DNA of 43,377 nt from a virus (Duplodnaviria > Caudoviricetes), in the IMG/VR virus record IMGVR_UViG_3300048856_000024, positions 1-43,377 of that record; one strand, given 5' to 3'. Shown here one piece after another: positions 8,890 to 18,736 of this stretch (the stretch's first letter is position 1; each line of letters begins with the position of its first letter). The translations under genes and the position numbers were made by a program. The notes under the pieces are model-generated. The model was not told where the DNA came from. It saw only the letters and a program-made list of their open reading frames with translations, and did not search any database.

Positions 8890-11475
8890 ATGGCATCGCG
8901 TTCGCTCGGAACTCTGACCCTCGATCTGGTCGCCAGAATTGGTGCTTTCACCGGGCCGCTTGACCAAGCCAGCCAGCAGGCCAAGAAACGCAACGCTGAG
9001 ATAGCGAGTTCATTCGACAGTCTGGCGAAGGGGGTCGGCTTAGCCATCGGTAGTGTCCCCGCCATCCTGACAGGCCTGGTGGTGACAACGGCCAGTTCCG
9101 CGAAGGAGATATCGAACCTTGCGGCTTTATCTGGGCTGGGTACAACCGAATTTCAGAAGTACGCTGCCGGCGCTAAAAGTCTGGGCATCGAGCAGGAAAA
9201 GCTTGCCGATATCTTCAAGGATACCAACGATAAGCTGGGCGACTTTTACAGCACTGGCGGAGGCGAGCTCAAAGACTTCTTCGAGGTTATTGCACCAAAA
9301 GTCGGAGTAACTGCTGAGCAGTTCAAGAAGCTGAACAGCGCGGACGCCTTGCAGCTTTACGTTTCGACACTGGAAAAGGCCAACGTCTCACAGGCGGAAA
9401 TGACCTTCTACATGGAAGGCATCGCAGACGAGGCATCCGCCTTGGTACCGCTGCTCCGCAACGGCGGTAAGGGGTTCAAAGACCTTGGGGAGGCTGCAGA
9501 CGCAGCCGGCGCCATTTTGAGCGTGCAGACGATTGCCGTGTCGAAACAGTTCTCTGGCGAACTCATCATGCTGGCGCAGAATCTGGAGGGCGCCAAGAAC
9601 ACGCTCGTTGCTGATTTCATGCCGGCTCTAGCGCAGTTCACTAGCGACCTCAATGACGCAGTGAAGGCAGGCGGCGGCGCGAAAACAGTGGTGCAGGATC
9701 TCTCAGAGAAGCTCGTGGACGCTACAGCATTTGTCGCTGACGCTGGTGACGGGATTGTCCGAGTCTTTACGATCGTCGCAGACACACTGGTTGGCACTTA
9801 CTCGACGGCTGCTGGCTACATGGGTCAGCTGATGTCCCAGGTGGCATTGGGATTGTCGAAGATAACGCTGGGCGACACAGCAGACGAATTCATAGCTGAT
9901 AGCGCTCGCCTGAGCGCCGAGGCGAAAACATATTTTGACGTCGCTGCGCAGGCCGCTGCCAGCATTGGTGAGAGCTTGGAAACGCCGCTGGCAGGCGAGC
10001 AGTTCAAAAACTACGTAGCCGAAGCGCGGGAGGCCGCCGAGGAATACCAGCGTCTTTTCGGAGGAAGCGGATTCAGCAACCAGGGTGGAGGAGGGAGTGG
10101 CGTCGACCCAAAGAAAAAGAAAGCTGACGAGGAGGCCGCCAAGGCAGCAGCTGCAGCGGCCAAGAAGATCAACGACGCTTTTACCTCTACCGAAACCGAC
10201 TACAAACGCCAGATTGAGCTGATCAACACCAGCACGGATGCTCAAAAGAACGCCACGGAAGTCGACAAGCTGCGCTTCGACATTGCGTCTGGCAAGCTGG
10301 TTGGCATCAATGCCCAGCAGCAGCAGCGCCTCTTGGGGCTGGCGGGTGAACTGGATGCCCTGCAAAAGCTCAAGCTCGCGAACGAAGATGAAGCCAAGGC
10401 CGTCGCGTTCTTGGCAAACCTCAAGGCGACCAACGCCACCGCGAAGTCTGGCTTCGACATGGAGCTGTCCGGTGCCGGCATGGGCGATAAAGCTCGTGAC
10501 AGGCTTCAGCAAGACTTGGCGATCCAGCAAGACTACAACGAGCAGATGGCCGACCTGCAGGCCCAGCTCAACGCTGGCGATATCAAGCAGGATCTGTACG
10601 ACAAAGAAACAGAGATGCTCAGCGAGGCGCTGGCCGAGCGAATGGTCATCCAGCAGGACTATTACAACCAGATCGATGAGGCCCAATCCAACTGGATGGA
10701 TGGCGTTAGCGCCGCCTGGGAGAACTACGTTGATGAGGCGCAAAACGCCTCTGCAATGGCAGGTGAATTTGTCTCGGGCGCTCTGGACGACATGACCAAT
10801 GGTCTGGGCGATGTGTTTGCTGACGTGGCGACAGGCGCGAAAGATGCCGGTGACGCGATGGCTGATTTCGCGGCGAACATGGGCAAGTCGGTGATTAATG
10901 CTCTTACGGACATGGCCGCTCAGTGGCTCATCTATCAAGCCGTTCAGCTTTTCGTCGGGAAAGGTACACAGTCGACCGCGGCGCTGGCGCTGGTCGCTAA
11001 CGCCCAGGCAACAGCAGCGCAAGCAAGCCTGGCAGCGTTTGCGTCCACAGCCGCAATCCCCATCATTGGTCCGGCCGCTGCTCCGGCAGCTGCGGCAGCT
11101 GCGGCAGTGGCGACGGCGCCGATGGTTGCGGGCGTGGCGAGTGCAGCGCTTGCGGGTATGGCGCACGACGGTATCGATGCGGTACCCGAAACCGGCACGT
11201 GGCTTCTGCAAAAAGGCGAACGGGTCACTACCGCCGAGACCAGCGCCAAGCTGGACCGAACCCTAGACCGGGTGAACTCGGGCAGCGGGGGCGGCGGGGG
11301 AGTCACGTCGTTCAAGATCGACGCACCTGTCACGGTTCAGGCACAGCCAGGCATGAGCGACGCTGACGCCGCACGCCAGGGCTCGGCGATATCGTCCGCG
11401 CTCGAAGCTCAGCTGGGGCAGTTCCTGGACAGGGAAATGCGCCAAGGCGGCAGGCTCTGGAGGCGTAATGGCTGA
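8890..11475 (+). CDS. Tail tape measure protein (lambda family)
   Basis: MASRSLGTLTLDL start, long Ala-rich helical protein, C-terminal AHDG...LLQKGERV. Confidence 0.94.
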   Translation: MASRSLGTLTLDLVARIGAFTGPLDQASQQAKKRNAEIASSFDSLAKGVGLAIGSVPAILTGLVVTTASSAKEISNLAALSGLGTTEFQKYAAGAKSLGIEQEKLADIFKDTNDKLGDFYSTGGGELKDFFEVIAPKVGVTAEQFKKLNSADALQLYVSTLEKANVSQAEMTFYMEGIADEASALVPLLRNGGKGFKDLGEAADAAGAILSVQTIAVSKQFSGELIMLAQNLEGAKNTLVADFMPALAQFTSDLNDAVKAGGGAKTVVQDLSEKLVDATAFVADAGDGIVRVFTIVADTLVGTYSTAAGYMGQLMSQVALGLSKITLGDTADEFIADSARLSAEAKTYFDVAAQAAASIGESLETPLAGEQFKNYVAEAREAAEEYQRLFGGSGFSNQGGGGSGVDPKKKKADEEAAKAAAAAAKKINDAFTSTETDYKRQIELINTSTDAQKNATEVDKLRFDIASGKLVGINAQQQQRLLGLAGELDALQKLKLANEDEAKAVAFLANLKATNATAKSGFDMELSGAGMGDKARDRLQQDLAIQQDYNEQMADLQAQLNAGDIKQDLYDKETEMLSEALAERMVIQQDYYNQIDEAQSNWMDGVSAAWENYVDEAQNASAMAGEFVSGALDDMTNGLGDVFADVATGAKDAGDAMADFAANMGKSVINALTDMAAQWLIYQAVQLFVGKGTQSTAALALVANAQATAAQASLAAFASTAAIPIIGPAAAPAAAAAAAVATAPMVAGVASAALAGMAHDGIDAVPETGTWLLQKGERVTTAETSAKLDRTLDRVNSGSGGGGGVTSFKIDAPVTVQAQPGMSDADAARQGSAISSALEAQLGQFLDREMRQGGRLWRRNG

Positions 11476-11812
11476 GACATTCGGTTTTGATGTGGAAGTT
11501 GGTGCGTCGGGAGATGTGGCCCAGCGGATCTGGTCCAACGATTTCGGCGATGGCTACAGCCAGGCGGGCGGCGTCGGGATCAATACCAGGTCCGAGTCCT
11601 GGGACGTCACGGTTACGGGCAAGCTGGTGGCGGGCGACAGGCTGTTCAACGTTGTCGCTTTCCTCGACCGGCACGAAGGCTTTAAGTCCTTCCTGTGGTC
11701 GCCGCCCAGCGGCAAGCAAGGCCGGTACCGCGCCAATGGTTACAAGTTAGCGACGCTCGGGGCGGGCCTTCTCAGGCTGTCGGTGAGTTTCAAACAAGTC
11801 TTCAACCCCTGA
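11468..11812 (+). CDS. Minor tail protein, lambda gpM-like
   Basis: FGDGYSQ...GIN, FLDRH.G.KSF.W.PP. Confidence 0.9.
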   Translation: MAETFGFDVEVGASGDVAQRIWSNDFGDGYSQAGGVGINTRSESWDVTVTGKLVAGDRLFNVVAFLDRHEGFKSFLWSPPSGKQGRYRANGYKLATLGAGLLRLSVSFKQVFNP

Positions 11813-11833
11813 CCCCGCTTCGGCGGGGTTTTC
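11812..11833 (+). terminator. Intrinsic terminator
   Basis: ACCCCGC-TTCG-GCGGGGT then TTT. Confidence 0.75.
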
Positions 11834-11847
11834 GTTTCTGAGGTCCC

Positions 11848-12546
11848 ATGGAATACACGTCCGACATCCAGAAGCTGGAGCCCGGCAACCAGATTCGTCT
11901 GTATGAACTGGACGCTACCCGGCTCGGCGCCACGGTCTGGCGCTTCCACGGTCATGAGCACGAAGGCGACATCATCTGGCAAGGTCAGCTGTATTCGCCA
12001 ATCCAGATTGAGGCGAAGGGTTTTGACATCCGCGGTGACGGGCGCCCGGCGACCCCGTCGCTCAAGCTGGCGAACGAGCTGTCGGGCATCCGGGGTGCGA
12101 TCTCGGCCATCTGCCTACAGTTCCGCGACCTGGCCGGCGCGCGGTTCACCGTCATCGAGACGTTTAAGCACTTCCTGGACGCGGCGAATTTCCCAGAGGG
12201 CAATCCGGATGCCTCCGACCAGTGCCGCAAAAGCATCTGGAACATCGAGCAGAAGACGGAAGAGAACTTGGCTGAGGTCAGCTTCGAGCTTTCCAGCCCG
12301 ATCGACATGGAAGGCCAGCAGTTGCCGTCTCAGCAGATCACCAAGCTGTGCCGCTGGGCCACCCGTGGCCAGTACCGGCAGGAGGCATGCGCCTACACCG
12401 GTACCGCGATGTTCACCAAGAAGAACGAGCCCACCGACAACCTGGCACTGGACCGATGTGGGGGCTGGTGGAGCAGCTGCAAACTGCGTTCAAACACCCG
12501 CCGTTTCGGCGGATCGATGGGCGCAAGCCTGATCGCTAAGGGGTAA
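11848..12546 (+). CDS. Minor tail protein, lambda gpL-like
   Basis: FLDAANF, FELSSP, C-terminal Cys cluster (CRW, CAYTG, DRC..SCKLR). Confidence 0.92.
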   Translation: MEYTSDIQKLEPGNQIRLYELDATRLGATVWRFHGHEHEGDIIWQGQLYSPIQIEAKGFDIRGDGRPATPSLKLANELSGIRGAISAICLQFRDLAGARFTVIETFKHFLDAANFPEGNPDASDQCRKSIWNIEQKTEENLAEVSFELSSPIDMEGQQLPSQQITKLCRWATRGQYRQEACAYTGTAMFTKKNEPTDNLALDRCGGWWSSCKLRSNTRRFGGSMGASLIAKG

Positions 12547-12548
12547 CC

Positions 12549-13331
12549 ATGCGAATCAACCAGAAGCTGCAGGAACAAATTCGCGCTCATGCCGAGCGGG
12601 ATTATCCTGCCGAGGCCTGCGGCGTGCTGATCAAGACCGCAGACGGGCGCAGGTACGTGCCGTGCGCAAACGTGGCGACCAACCCGCAACAGAACTTCCT
12701 GATCGACAGGCACGACTTTGCCGCAGCGGAAGACCAGGGCGAACTGTTGGCGATCGTTCACAGCCACCCGGGCAGGGCGGCTACTGCCAGCATGACTGAC
12801 CTGGTCAGTTGCGAGCTGCACGAGTTGCCTTGGGCCATCGTCAGCTGGCCAGGCGGAGACCTGCAATGGTTTGCCCCGAGCGGATACCGAGCGCCGTTGC
12901 TGGGCCGGGACTTCTCCCACGGTTTGCTGGACTGCTGGTCGGCCTGCCGGGACTGGTACGCACGCGAAGCGGATCTGCAACTGCCGAACTTCGAGCGCAA
13001 GGAACTCTGGTGGGAAGACCCCGAGAGCCCAAGCCATTACGAGCAGAACTACGAGGCATGTGGCTTTGTGCGGGTGGATCAGCCTCAGCGTGGCGACATG
13101 CTGGTATTTCAGGTCCCGACCGTTGGCCGTCCATGTCATTTCCCAAACCATGCCGCGATCTACCTCGGCAGCGATCCTGCCCTGCACAGCGAGCCGGCAC
13201 CAGCGCTCGGCGGTGCGGGTCCGTTCATCTACCACCACATGCCAGGGCGTCTCGCGACGCGCGAGGTATACGGCTGGTCGATGGCGAACAGGCTCAAACT
13301 GATCCTGCGACACAAGGACTACACCCCATGA
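12549..13331 (+). CDS. Tail assembly protein, lambda gpK-like (JAB + NlpC/P60)
   Basis: E.CG...HSHP...D JAB motif; DCWS and NHAAIYLG NlpC motif. Confidence 0.93.
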   Translation: MRINQKLQEQIRAHAERDYPAEACGVLIKTADGRRYVPCANVATNPQQNFLIDRHDFAAAEDQGELLAIVHSHPGRAATASMTDLVSCELHELPWAIVSWPGGDLQWFAPSGYRAPLLGRDFSHGLLDCWSACRDWYAREADLQLPNFERKELWWEDPESPSHYEQNYEACGFVRVDQPQRGDMLVFQVPTVGRPCHFPNHAAIYLGSDPALHSEPAPALGGAGPFIYHHMPGRLATREVYGWSMANRLKLILRHKDYTP

Positions 13332-13915
13332 CGATGCGGACCATCAAGCTCTACGGCGTTTTGCGTAAGCACTTCGGGCGCGAGTACCGGCTCGACGTAC
13401 ACAGCGTGCGTGATGCGGTGAACGCCCTGTGCGCAATGAAACCGGGCTTTGAGAAGTTCCTGCGTAGCGGCGAGGAGCGCGGGCTGGTGTTCAGCGTGTT
13501 CTGCGGCAAGCGCAACGCGGGGGCGCATGAGTTCGATCTGCAGGGCACCGACAGCAGCGACATCCGTATCGTGCCGCTCATTCACGGCAGCAAGCAGGCT
13601 GGGTTATTCCAGGTCGTGCTCGGAGTGGCGCTGGTGGTGGCCGGGGTCTTCACCGGCGGTCTCTCAAGCGGAGTCGGGATCGCTTTGCTTGCCGGTGGCG
13701 CGGCGGTTGGTCTGGGCGGCGTCGTCCAGATGCTTTCGCCGACCACCAGTACCAGCGTCGCCGGCAACAACGAGGATGGCAACAACCCCAGCTACGGTTT
13801 CGGCGGCGCGGTGACGACCATTGCCCAGGGGAATCCTTATCCGGTTCTCTACGGCGAGCGGGAAATCGGCGGTGCGGTCGAATCCGGCGGCATCTACACA
13901 CAAGATCAACTCTGA
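13328..13915 (+). CDS. Tail assembly protein, lambda gpI-like
   Basis: ATG 13328 overlaps the K stop; IKLYG.L...FG, QGNPYPVLYGE..GG. Confidence 0.9.
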   Translation: MTMRTIKLYGVLRKHFGREYRLDVHSVRDAVNALCAMKPGFEKFLRSGEERGLVFSVFCGKRNAGAHEFDLQGTDSSDIRIVPLIHGSKQAGLFQVVLGVALVVAGVFTGGLSSGVGIALLAGGAAVGLGGVVQMLSPTTSTSVAGNNEDGNNPSYGFGGAVTTIAQGNPYPVLYGEREIGGAVESGGIYTQDQL

Positions 13916-13931
13916 TCATCAGGCAACACCA

Positions 13932-13958
13932 GACCCGCTTCGGCGGGTTTTCTTTTTT
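13932..13958 (+). terminator. Intrinsic terminator
   Basis: ACCCGC-TTCG-GCGGGT then TTTCTTTTTT. Confidence 0.75.
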
Positions 13959-13969
13959 CTGGGGGCGAT

Positions 13970-16900
13970 ATGGGTACGGCGGTAGCGAAGCGCGATGTTG
14001 GCGGCAGCAAGGGCGGCGAGTCGAAACCGAAGCAGCCCAGTATCGCGAGCAACAGCACCGGCTCCATCGCCACGGCGCGCATCGTGTACCTCTGGAGCTG
14101 GGGTCCCATCGTAGGGCCGGTTGATGGCTTGCGGTCGGTGAAGCTCGACGGCACACCGCTCGTGGCCAGCGATGGCACGGTCAATTACCCCGGGGTGAAA
14201 TGGCAGTTCCGTAACGGCGAGCTGAACCAGGCGCGCTTAGAAGGCATTGCGGAGTCGAGCAACGAAGTAGATGTAAGCCAGTTGCTGCTCACCACTGCAC
14301 CGTGGCTACGTACGATCAATAACCCCGTGCTGGACGCCGTGCGCATTCGGTTCAGCTGGCCGCAGCTTCAGGCCCAGGATCAGAGCGGCAACATCAACGG
14401 CGTTCGGATCGATTACGCGATCGACATATCTACCGATGACGGCCCGTTCGTCCAGGTGCTGACGTCCTCCGTCGACCGGAAAAACGTCACCAAGTACGAG
14501 CGCAGCCATCGCATTGATCTGCCGTCCGGCCGCCGCTGGACCGTGCGTGCGCGTCGCTTGACTCCGGAGGCAAACAGCTCGCTGGTGCAGGACGGCATGT
14601 ACGTTGAGGCTGTGGCCGAGGTGGTCGACAGTGATCAGGAATACCCGCTGACCGCGGTCGGCTGTATCGAATATGACGCTGAGCAGTTTGGCGGGGATAT
14701 TGCCAAGATTGCCGTGCTGATGCGCGGGCGGATCGTGCGCGTGCCTGCAAACTACAACCCGGAAACCCGGAGCTATGCCACCGGTGGCACCGGCACTTCA
14801 AATGGGGTGTGGGACGGTACCTTCAAGGAGGCCTACACCAACAACCCTGCCTGGGTGTGCTACGACCTGGTGCTGAATCCGTATTACGGCCTGGGTGATC
14901 GAGTCGATGCGACAATGATTGACCGGTGGAACCTGTACCGCATCGCCCAATACTGCGACCAGATGGTGCCGAATGGCGAAGGCGGCCTGCATCCTCGTTT
15001 GACCTGCAATGTCTACCTGCAAAAACAGGCCGATGCTTACGCAGTGTTGCAAGATTTGGCCGCCATTTTTCATGGCATGAGCACGTGGGATGGTAGCCAG
15101 ATCACCTTCAACGCGGACATGCCTGGCGACCCGGTCTATACCTACAACCCGTCGCAGATTCTAAACAACGGCCAGATTCAGTATTCCGGTACCCGGGCTC
15201 GGGACCGCCACAATCTGGCGATGGTTACGTGGGATAACCCGGCTCAGGGTTTTGAAACTGACAAAGAGCCGGTGTTCGACGATGAGGCTATGGCGGAGCT
15301 TGGCTCCATCAACCAGTTGTCCGTCGAAGCATACGGCTGCACCTCGCGCGGTCAGGCGCAGCGCGCAGGACAGTGGGCGCTTTTGACCGAGCAAACGCAG
15401 ATCCGCGGCGCCACGTTCCGAGTAGGCCTGGACGGGCAGATTCCCAAGCCTGGGCAGATCATCGCCCTGGCTGATCCAATGCTGGCCGGTCGGGCCAATG
15501 GTGGGCGAATCAGCGCTGTGGCCGGTCGCGTCGTTACGCTGGACCGGGATATCGAACTGCCGGTGGGTGCGAAGCTTCGCGTGAACCTTCCAAGCGGCAA
15601 GAGTGAGGCGCGCGTCATAAAGTCATTGGCCGGTCGCCAGGTCACGGTCGCAGCCGATTTCAGCGAAATGCTCGAAGCTGAGTGCGGCTGGATCCTTGAA
15701 TACGACGACCTCAAGACCATGCAGTTTCTGGTGCGCAATATCACGCGCCCAGAGTGGCATCAGTACCAGCTCGATTGCATCCAGCATGAGCCGAGCAAAT
15801 TCGACGCTATCGACTACGGCGCCGTGATCGACGACAGGCCCGTCAGCGGCCTGCCAGTCGGCGTGCAGGAAGCGCCTGCCGGTGTATACCTGAGCCAGCA
15901 CGTAGTGATCGAGCAGGGTATCGCCGTTACGGTGATGACGATCAGTTGGGAGGTAGCACCGAGCGCGGTGGCATACGACGTCGAGTGGCGCTGGGGAGCT
16001 CGTGAGTGGGTCAAGCTGCCGCGCACCGGAGAGCTTTCGGCCGACGTGCGTGGAATTTATTCGGGCCAGTATCTGGCTCGGGTACGCGCAGTCAGCGCGA
16101 TGAACGTGTCTTCTCTTCCGACGACTTCCCAGTTGACCAATTTAGCCGGCAAAACCGGCCTGCCGCCTGCGGTCACTTCGCTGGCCGCGACGTCACTGCT
16201 CTTCGGTATTGGCCTGAGGTGGACTTTTCCATTTGGTGCGGAGGACACCCAGCGCACCGAGATCTGGTACAGCCCGAATACTTCGTTGGAATCGGCAACC
16301 AAGCTTAGCGACCTTTCGTACCCGCAATCCGAGTACGTGATGCAGGGGCTGCTGGCGGGCGTGACATTCTTTTTCTGGGCGCGCCTGGTCGACCGGACCG
16401 GCAACATCGGTCCGTGGTATCCAACCGGAATAGGCGTCATGGGGCAGGCGAGTTCCGATGCCGCGCCCATCCTCGAACTAATTGCCGGCCAGATCGGCGA
16501 AACGGAACTGGGCCAGGAGTTGCAGGACAAGATCGATCTAATCGAAGGGCTGCAGGACCAGATCGACGCCCTGGACGGCCTGCAGGTGTACCGATCCGAC
16601 CAGACGTACGCCAAGGGTCAGATGGTTGTGCAGGACGGCCGCATCTTCCAGGCGGAGCAGGATGTGCCGGTCGACACTCCGCCGCCCAACGCTACCTACT
16701 GGGAAGACATTGGTGACCTGTTGCAGACCACCAGCGGCCTTGCCCAGCAGGTCGAGACGCATACGACTGAGCTTTCTGAGCTCGACGGCGTGGTCACGGT
16801 GCAAGCCGCTGCCCTGCAATCTCTACGAGCGGCGTACCGTGAGGATGACGGCGAAGGCGATGCAATCGACGCCTTGCGGGGCTGGGATGCCACCGCGTCC

Positions 16901-17557
16901 TTCGCTCAGGAAGTCAGGGTGCGGAGCAGCCAGAACAGCGCGCTCGTTCAGCAGCTAACCCAGCTTGACGCCGAGGTCGGCGAAAACTCTGCTGGCCTGA
17001 CGACCTTGACGCAGACCGTCGCGACCGACAAGCAGGCAACTGCTCTGGCGCTGCAGCAGTTGAACGCCGAGGTTGGCGAGAACTCGGCCAGCATCCAGAC
17101 CCAAGCCCAGGTCATCGCCGAAGTCGACGGCAAGGTCACGTCGTCGTGGTCGGTGAAGATGCAGGTCACGCAAGACGGGAAGTATGTGGCCGCGGGCATC
17201 GGCCTGGGGATCGAGAACGGGCCGGCTGGGCTGCAAAGTCAGTTCCTGGTCAGCGCTGACCGGTTTGCCGTGGTGAATTCCATCGCGGGCGGTCCGGCTG
17301 TGGTGCCGTTTGCGGTCCAGAACGGCCAGGTGTTCATGAACTCTGCCTTTATCCAAGACGGCAGTGTCACGCATCTCAAAGTTGGCGATCTCCAGTCCAA
17401 CGACTACATCGCAAATGTCAGCGGCTGGAAGCTTCCAAAAAATGGACATTGGGAGCTGAACGGTTCAATGGCGGACGGAAGGCGTTCAACCATCGGTAAC
17501 TCTGCCATTCGCATGTATCACGCCAATGGCGTTCTAGGTATTGACCTGAGCTTGTAA
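13970..17557 (+). CDS. Tail tip / host specificity protein, lambda gpJ-like
   Basis: YTNNPAW, FnIII-like region, coiled coil, C-terminal SQFLVSADRFAV...GQVFMNSAFI. Confidence 0.95.
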   Translation: MGTAVAKRDVGGSKGGESKPKQPSIASNSTGSIATARIVYLWSWGPIVGPVDGLRSVKLDGTPLVASDGTVNYPGVKWQFRNGELNQARLEGIAESSNEVDVSQLLLTTAPWLRTINNPVLDAVRIRFSWPQLQAQDQSGNINGVRIDYAIDISTDDGPFVQVLTSSVDRKNVTKYERSHRIDLPSGRRWTVRARRLTPEANSSLVQDGMYVEAVAEVVDSDQEYPLTAVGCIEYDAEQFGGDIAKIAVLMRGRIVRVPANYNPETRSYATGGTGTSNGVWDGTFKEAYTNNPAWVCYDLVLNPYYGLGDRVDATMIDRWNLYRIAQYCDQMVPNGEGGLHPRLTCNVYLQKQADAYAVLQDLAAIFHGMSTWDGSQITFNADMPGDPVYTYNPSQILNNGQIQYSGTRARDRHNLAMVTWDNPAQGFETDKEPVFDDEAMAELGSINQLSVEAYGCTSRGQAQRAGQWALLTEQTQIRGATFRVGLDGQIPKPGQIIALADPMLAGRANGGRISAVAGRVVTLDRDIELPVGAKLRVNLPSGKSEARVIKSLAGRQVTVAADFSEMLEAECGWILEYDDLKTMQFLVRNITRPEWHQYQLDCIQHEPSKFDAIDYGAVIDDRPVSGLPVGVQEAPAGVYLSQHVVIEQGIAVTVMTISWEVAPSAVAYDVEWRWGAREWVKLPRTGELSADVRGIYSGQYLARVRAVSAMNVSSLPTTSQLTNLAGKTGLPPAVTSLAATSLLFGIGLRWTFPFGAEDTQRTEIWYSPNTSLESATKLSDLSYPQSEYVMQGLLAGVTFFFWARLVDRTGNIGPWYPTGIGVMGQASSDAAPILELIAGQIGETELGQELQDKIDLIEGLQDQIDALDGLQVYRSDQTYAKGQMVVQDGRIFQAEQDVPVDTPPPNATYWEDIGDLLQTTSGLAQQVETHTTELSELDGVVTVQAAALQSLRAAYREDDGEGDAIDALRGWDATASFAQEVRVRSSQNSALVQQLTQLDAEVGENSAGLTTLTQTVATDKQATALALQQLNAEVGENSASIQTQAQVIAEVDGKVTSSWSVKMQVTQDGKYVAAGIGLGIENGPAGLQSQFLVSADRFAVVNSIAGGPAVVPFAVQNGQVFMNSAFIQDGSVTHLKVGDLQSNDYIANVSGWKLPKNGHWELNGSMADGRRSTIGNSAIRMYHANGVLGIDLSL

Positions 17558-17558
17558 A

Positions 17559-17864
17559 ATGACAGGGCTAACAATCAAAGCCAAAGACGGTACGGTCATA
17601 CTCGATATGACTATGAAGATAAGTCAACACATGGGAAGCGTAGATACAAATTCAACAAATGGTTCAGTTAGTATCCCTGCCGCGCCCCTGGGAAAAACAT
17701 TATTTTACAATATTGTGCCTCTGGTGGATCTTCAGGTCGATAAGGGTAAGAAGCCCGGAGTAACTATATCAGGTGTAACATTGAGTTGGGCATACTCCTT
17801 TAATACTGGCGGTGGCTGGGGGTATTTTGCTGCCAACTGTCGAATTTACTATGGGTTCTACTAA
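17559..17864 (+). CDS. Tail tip-associated small protein (low GC)
   Basis: Coupled to J; beta-rich; ends IYYGFY like small genes downstream of J. Confidence 0.7.
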   Translation: MTGLTIKAKDGTVILDMTMKISQHMGSVDTNSTNGSVSIPAAPLGKTLFYNIVPLVDLQVDKGKKPGVTISGVTLSWAYSFNTGGGWGYFAANCRIYYGFY

Positions 17865-18715
17865 TGCCTAACTTGGCAGTCACAAAAGAAAGTGGTGAGA
17901 AATTATTTGATAGTGAGAAGATTACCTTTGGGCTTGTGAAAAGCGGATACATGGCTGTAAACAGATATGACGGATACTATGCGCTAAAGGGGATCAATGT
18001 TGATCCCAATGAGAAGAGTAGTTATAACTATCTGGCCCAAAGGTTTACTGTCCATGGTTTCACTGTAGCCGACGCTAATAGCCCCATTGTGTTTATTGTT
18101 GGGCGTGGTTGCTTGATTGGTAGCGCCAGAGCAGGAAACACCGTAACGTTCTACTATGCGAATGCGTCTACCTCGACAAAGTATTACTGCTTCGACTTTA
18201 TGAAAGACACGGCAGGTTCTGGTCCTTACTTGAAAACCTTTGCGGATACAGGCGTGTGTACATTCAACTCGCTAATGCGCCCGCTGAATATCATTGCTTC
18301 GGTTACGCCTCCACCGCCTAGTGGACCTTCAACAGGTACAGGAGGAGGATGGAGATTTCCCTATGAAGGTTCTACTGTAGAAAGTGTCTATGTTTCTGGT
18401 CCGGGAGGAACTCTCCTTACAGTAAGAGCAACGTTGGATGTTGCAGTGGGTGGTGGTGAATATGCTGCATACCTACCTTTCAGTAGAGTGTCAGCGGCTT
18501 TTGAGACTGAACTATTGAACTTGATGGGTGCTGTTGAAGGCGCGTATGGTGGAGACGGAACAGTGTCTTTTATGTTTGGTGCTACAACAGAGGGGGCTGT
18601 CGTTAAAGGGCATACGTCCTATGGTGTTCCCAACAAATTCTTTAACTTTCCAATGGATAGATATCCGACAGCATTAGTTATTAAAACAGCTGGATTACCG
18701 TTTCCGCTGAATTAG
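17864..18715 (+). CDS. Putative receptor-binding/tail tip protein (low GC)
   Basis: TAATG overlap with the previous gene; beta-rich; AT-rich codons. Confidence 0.6.
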   Translation: MPNLAVTKESGEKLFDSEKITFGLVKSGYMAVNRYDGYYALKGINVDPNEKSSYNYLAQRFTVHGFTVADANSPIVFIVGRGCLIGSARAGNTVTFYYANASTSTKYYCFDFMKDTAGSGPYLKTFADTGVCTFNSLMRPLNIIASVTPPPPSGPSTGTGGGWRFPYEGSTVESVYVSGPGGTLLTVRATLDVAVGGGEYAAYLPFSRVSAAFETELLNLMGAVEGAYGGDGTVSFMFGATTEGAVVKGHTSYGVPNKFFNFPMDRYPTALVIKTAGLPFPLN

Positions 18716-18736
18716 TTATGTAAAGAGGAAGAGCAT

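Noticed and set aside
4235-11211. Long antisense ORFs (4235..5707, 9703..11211 and others)
   Set aside because: Shadow frames of high-GC structural genes, with no RBS or motifs
12809-13327. N-terminal extension of the gpI ORF (368 aa)
   Set aside because: Overlaps gpK; the real start is ATG 13328
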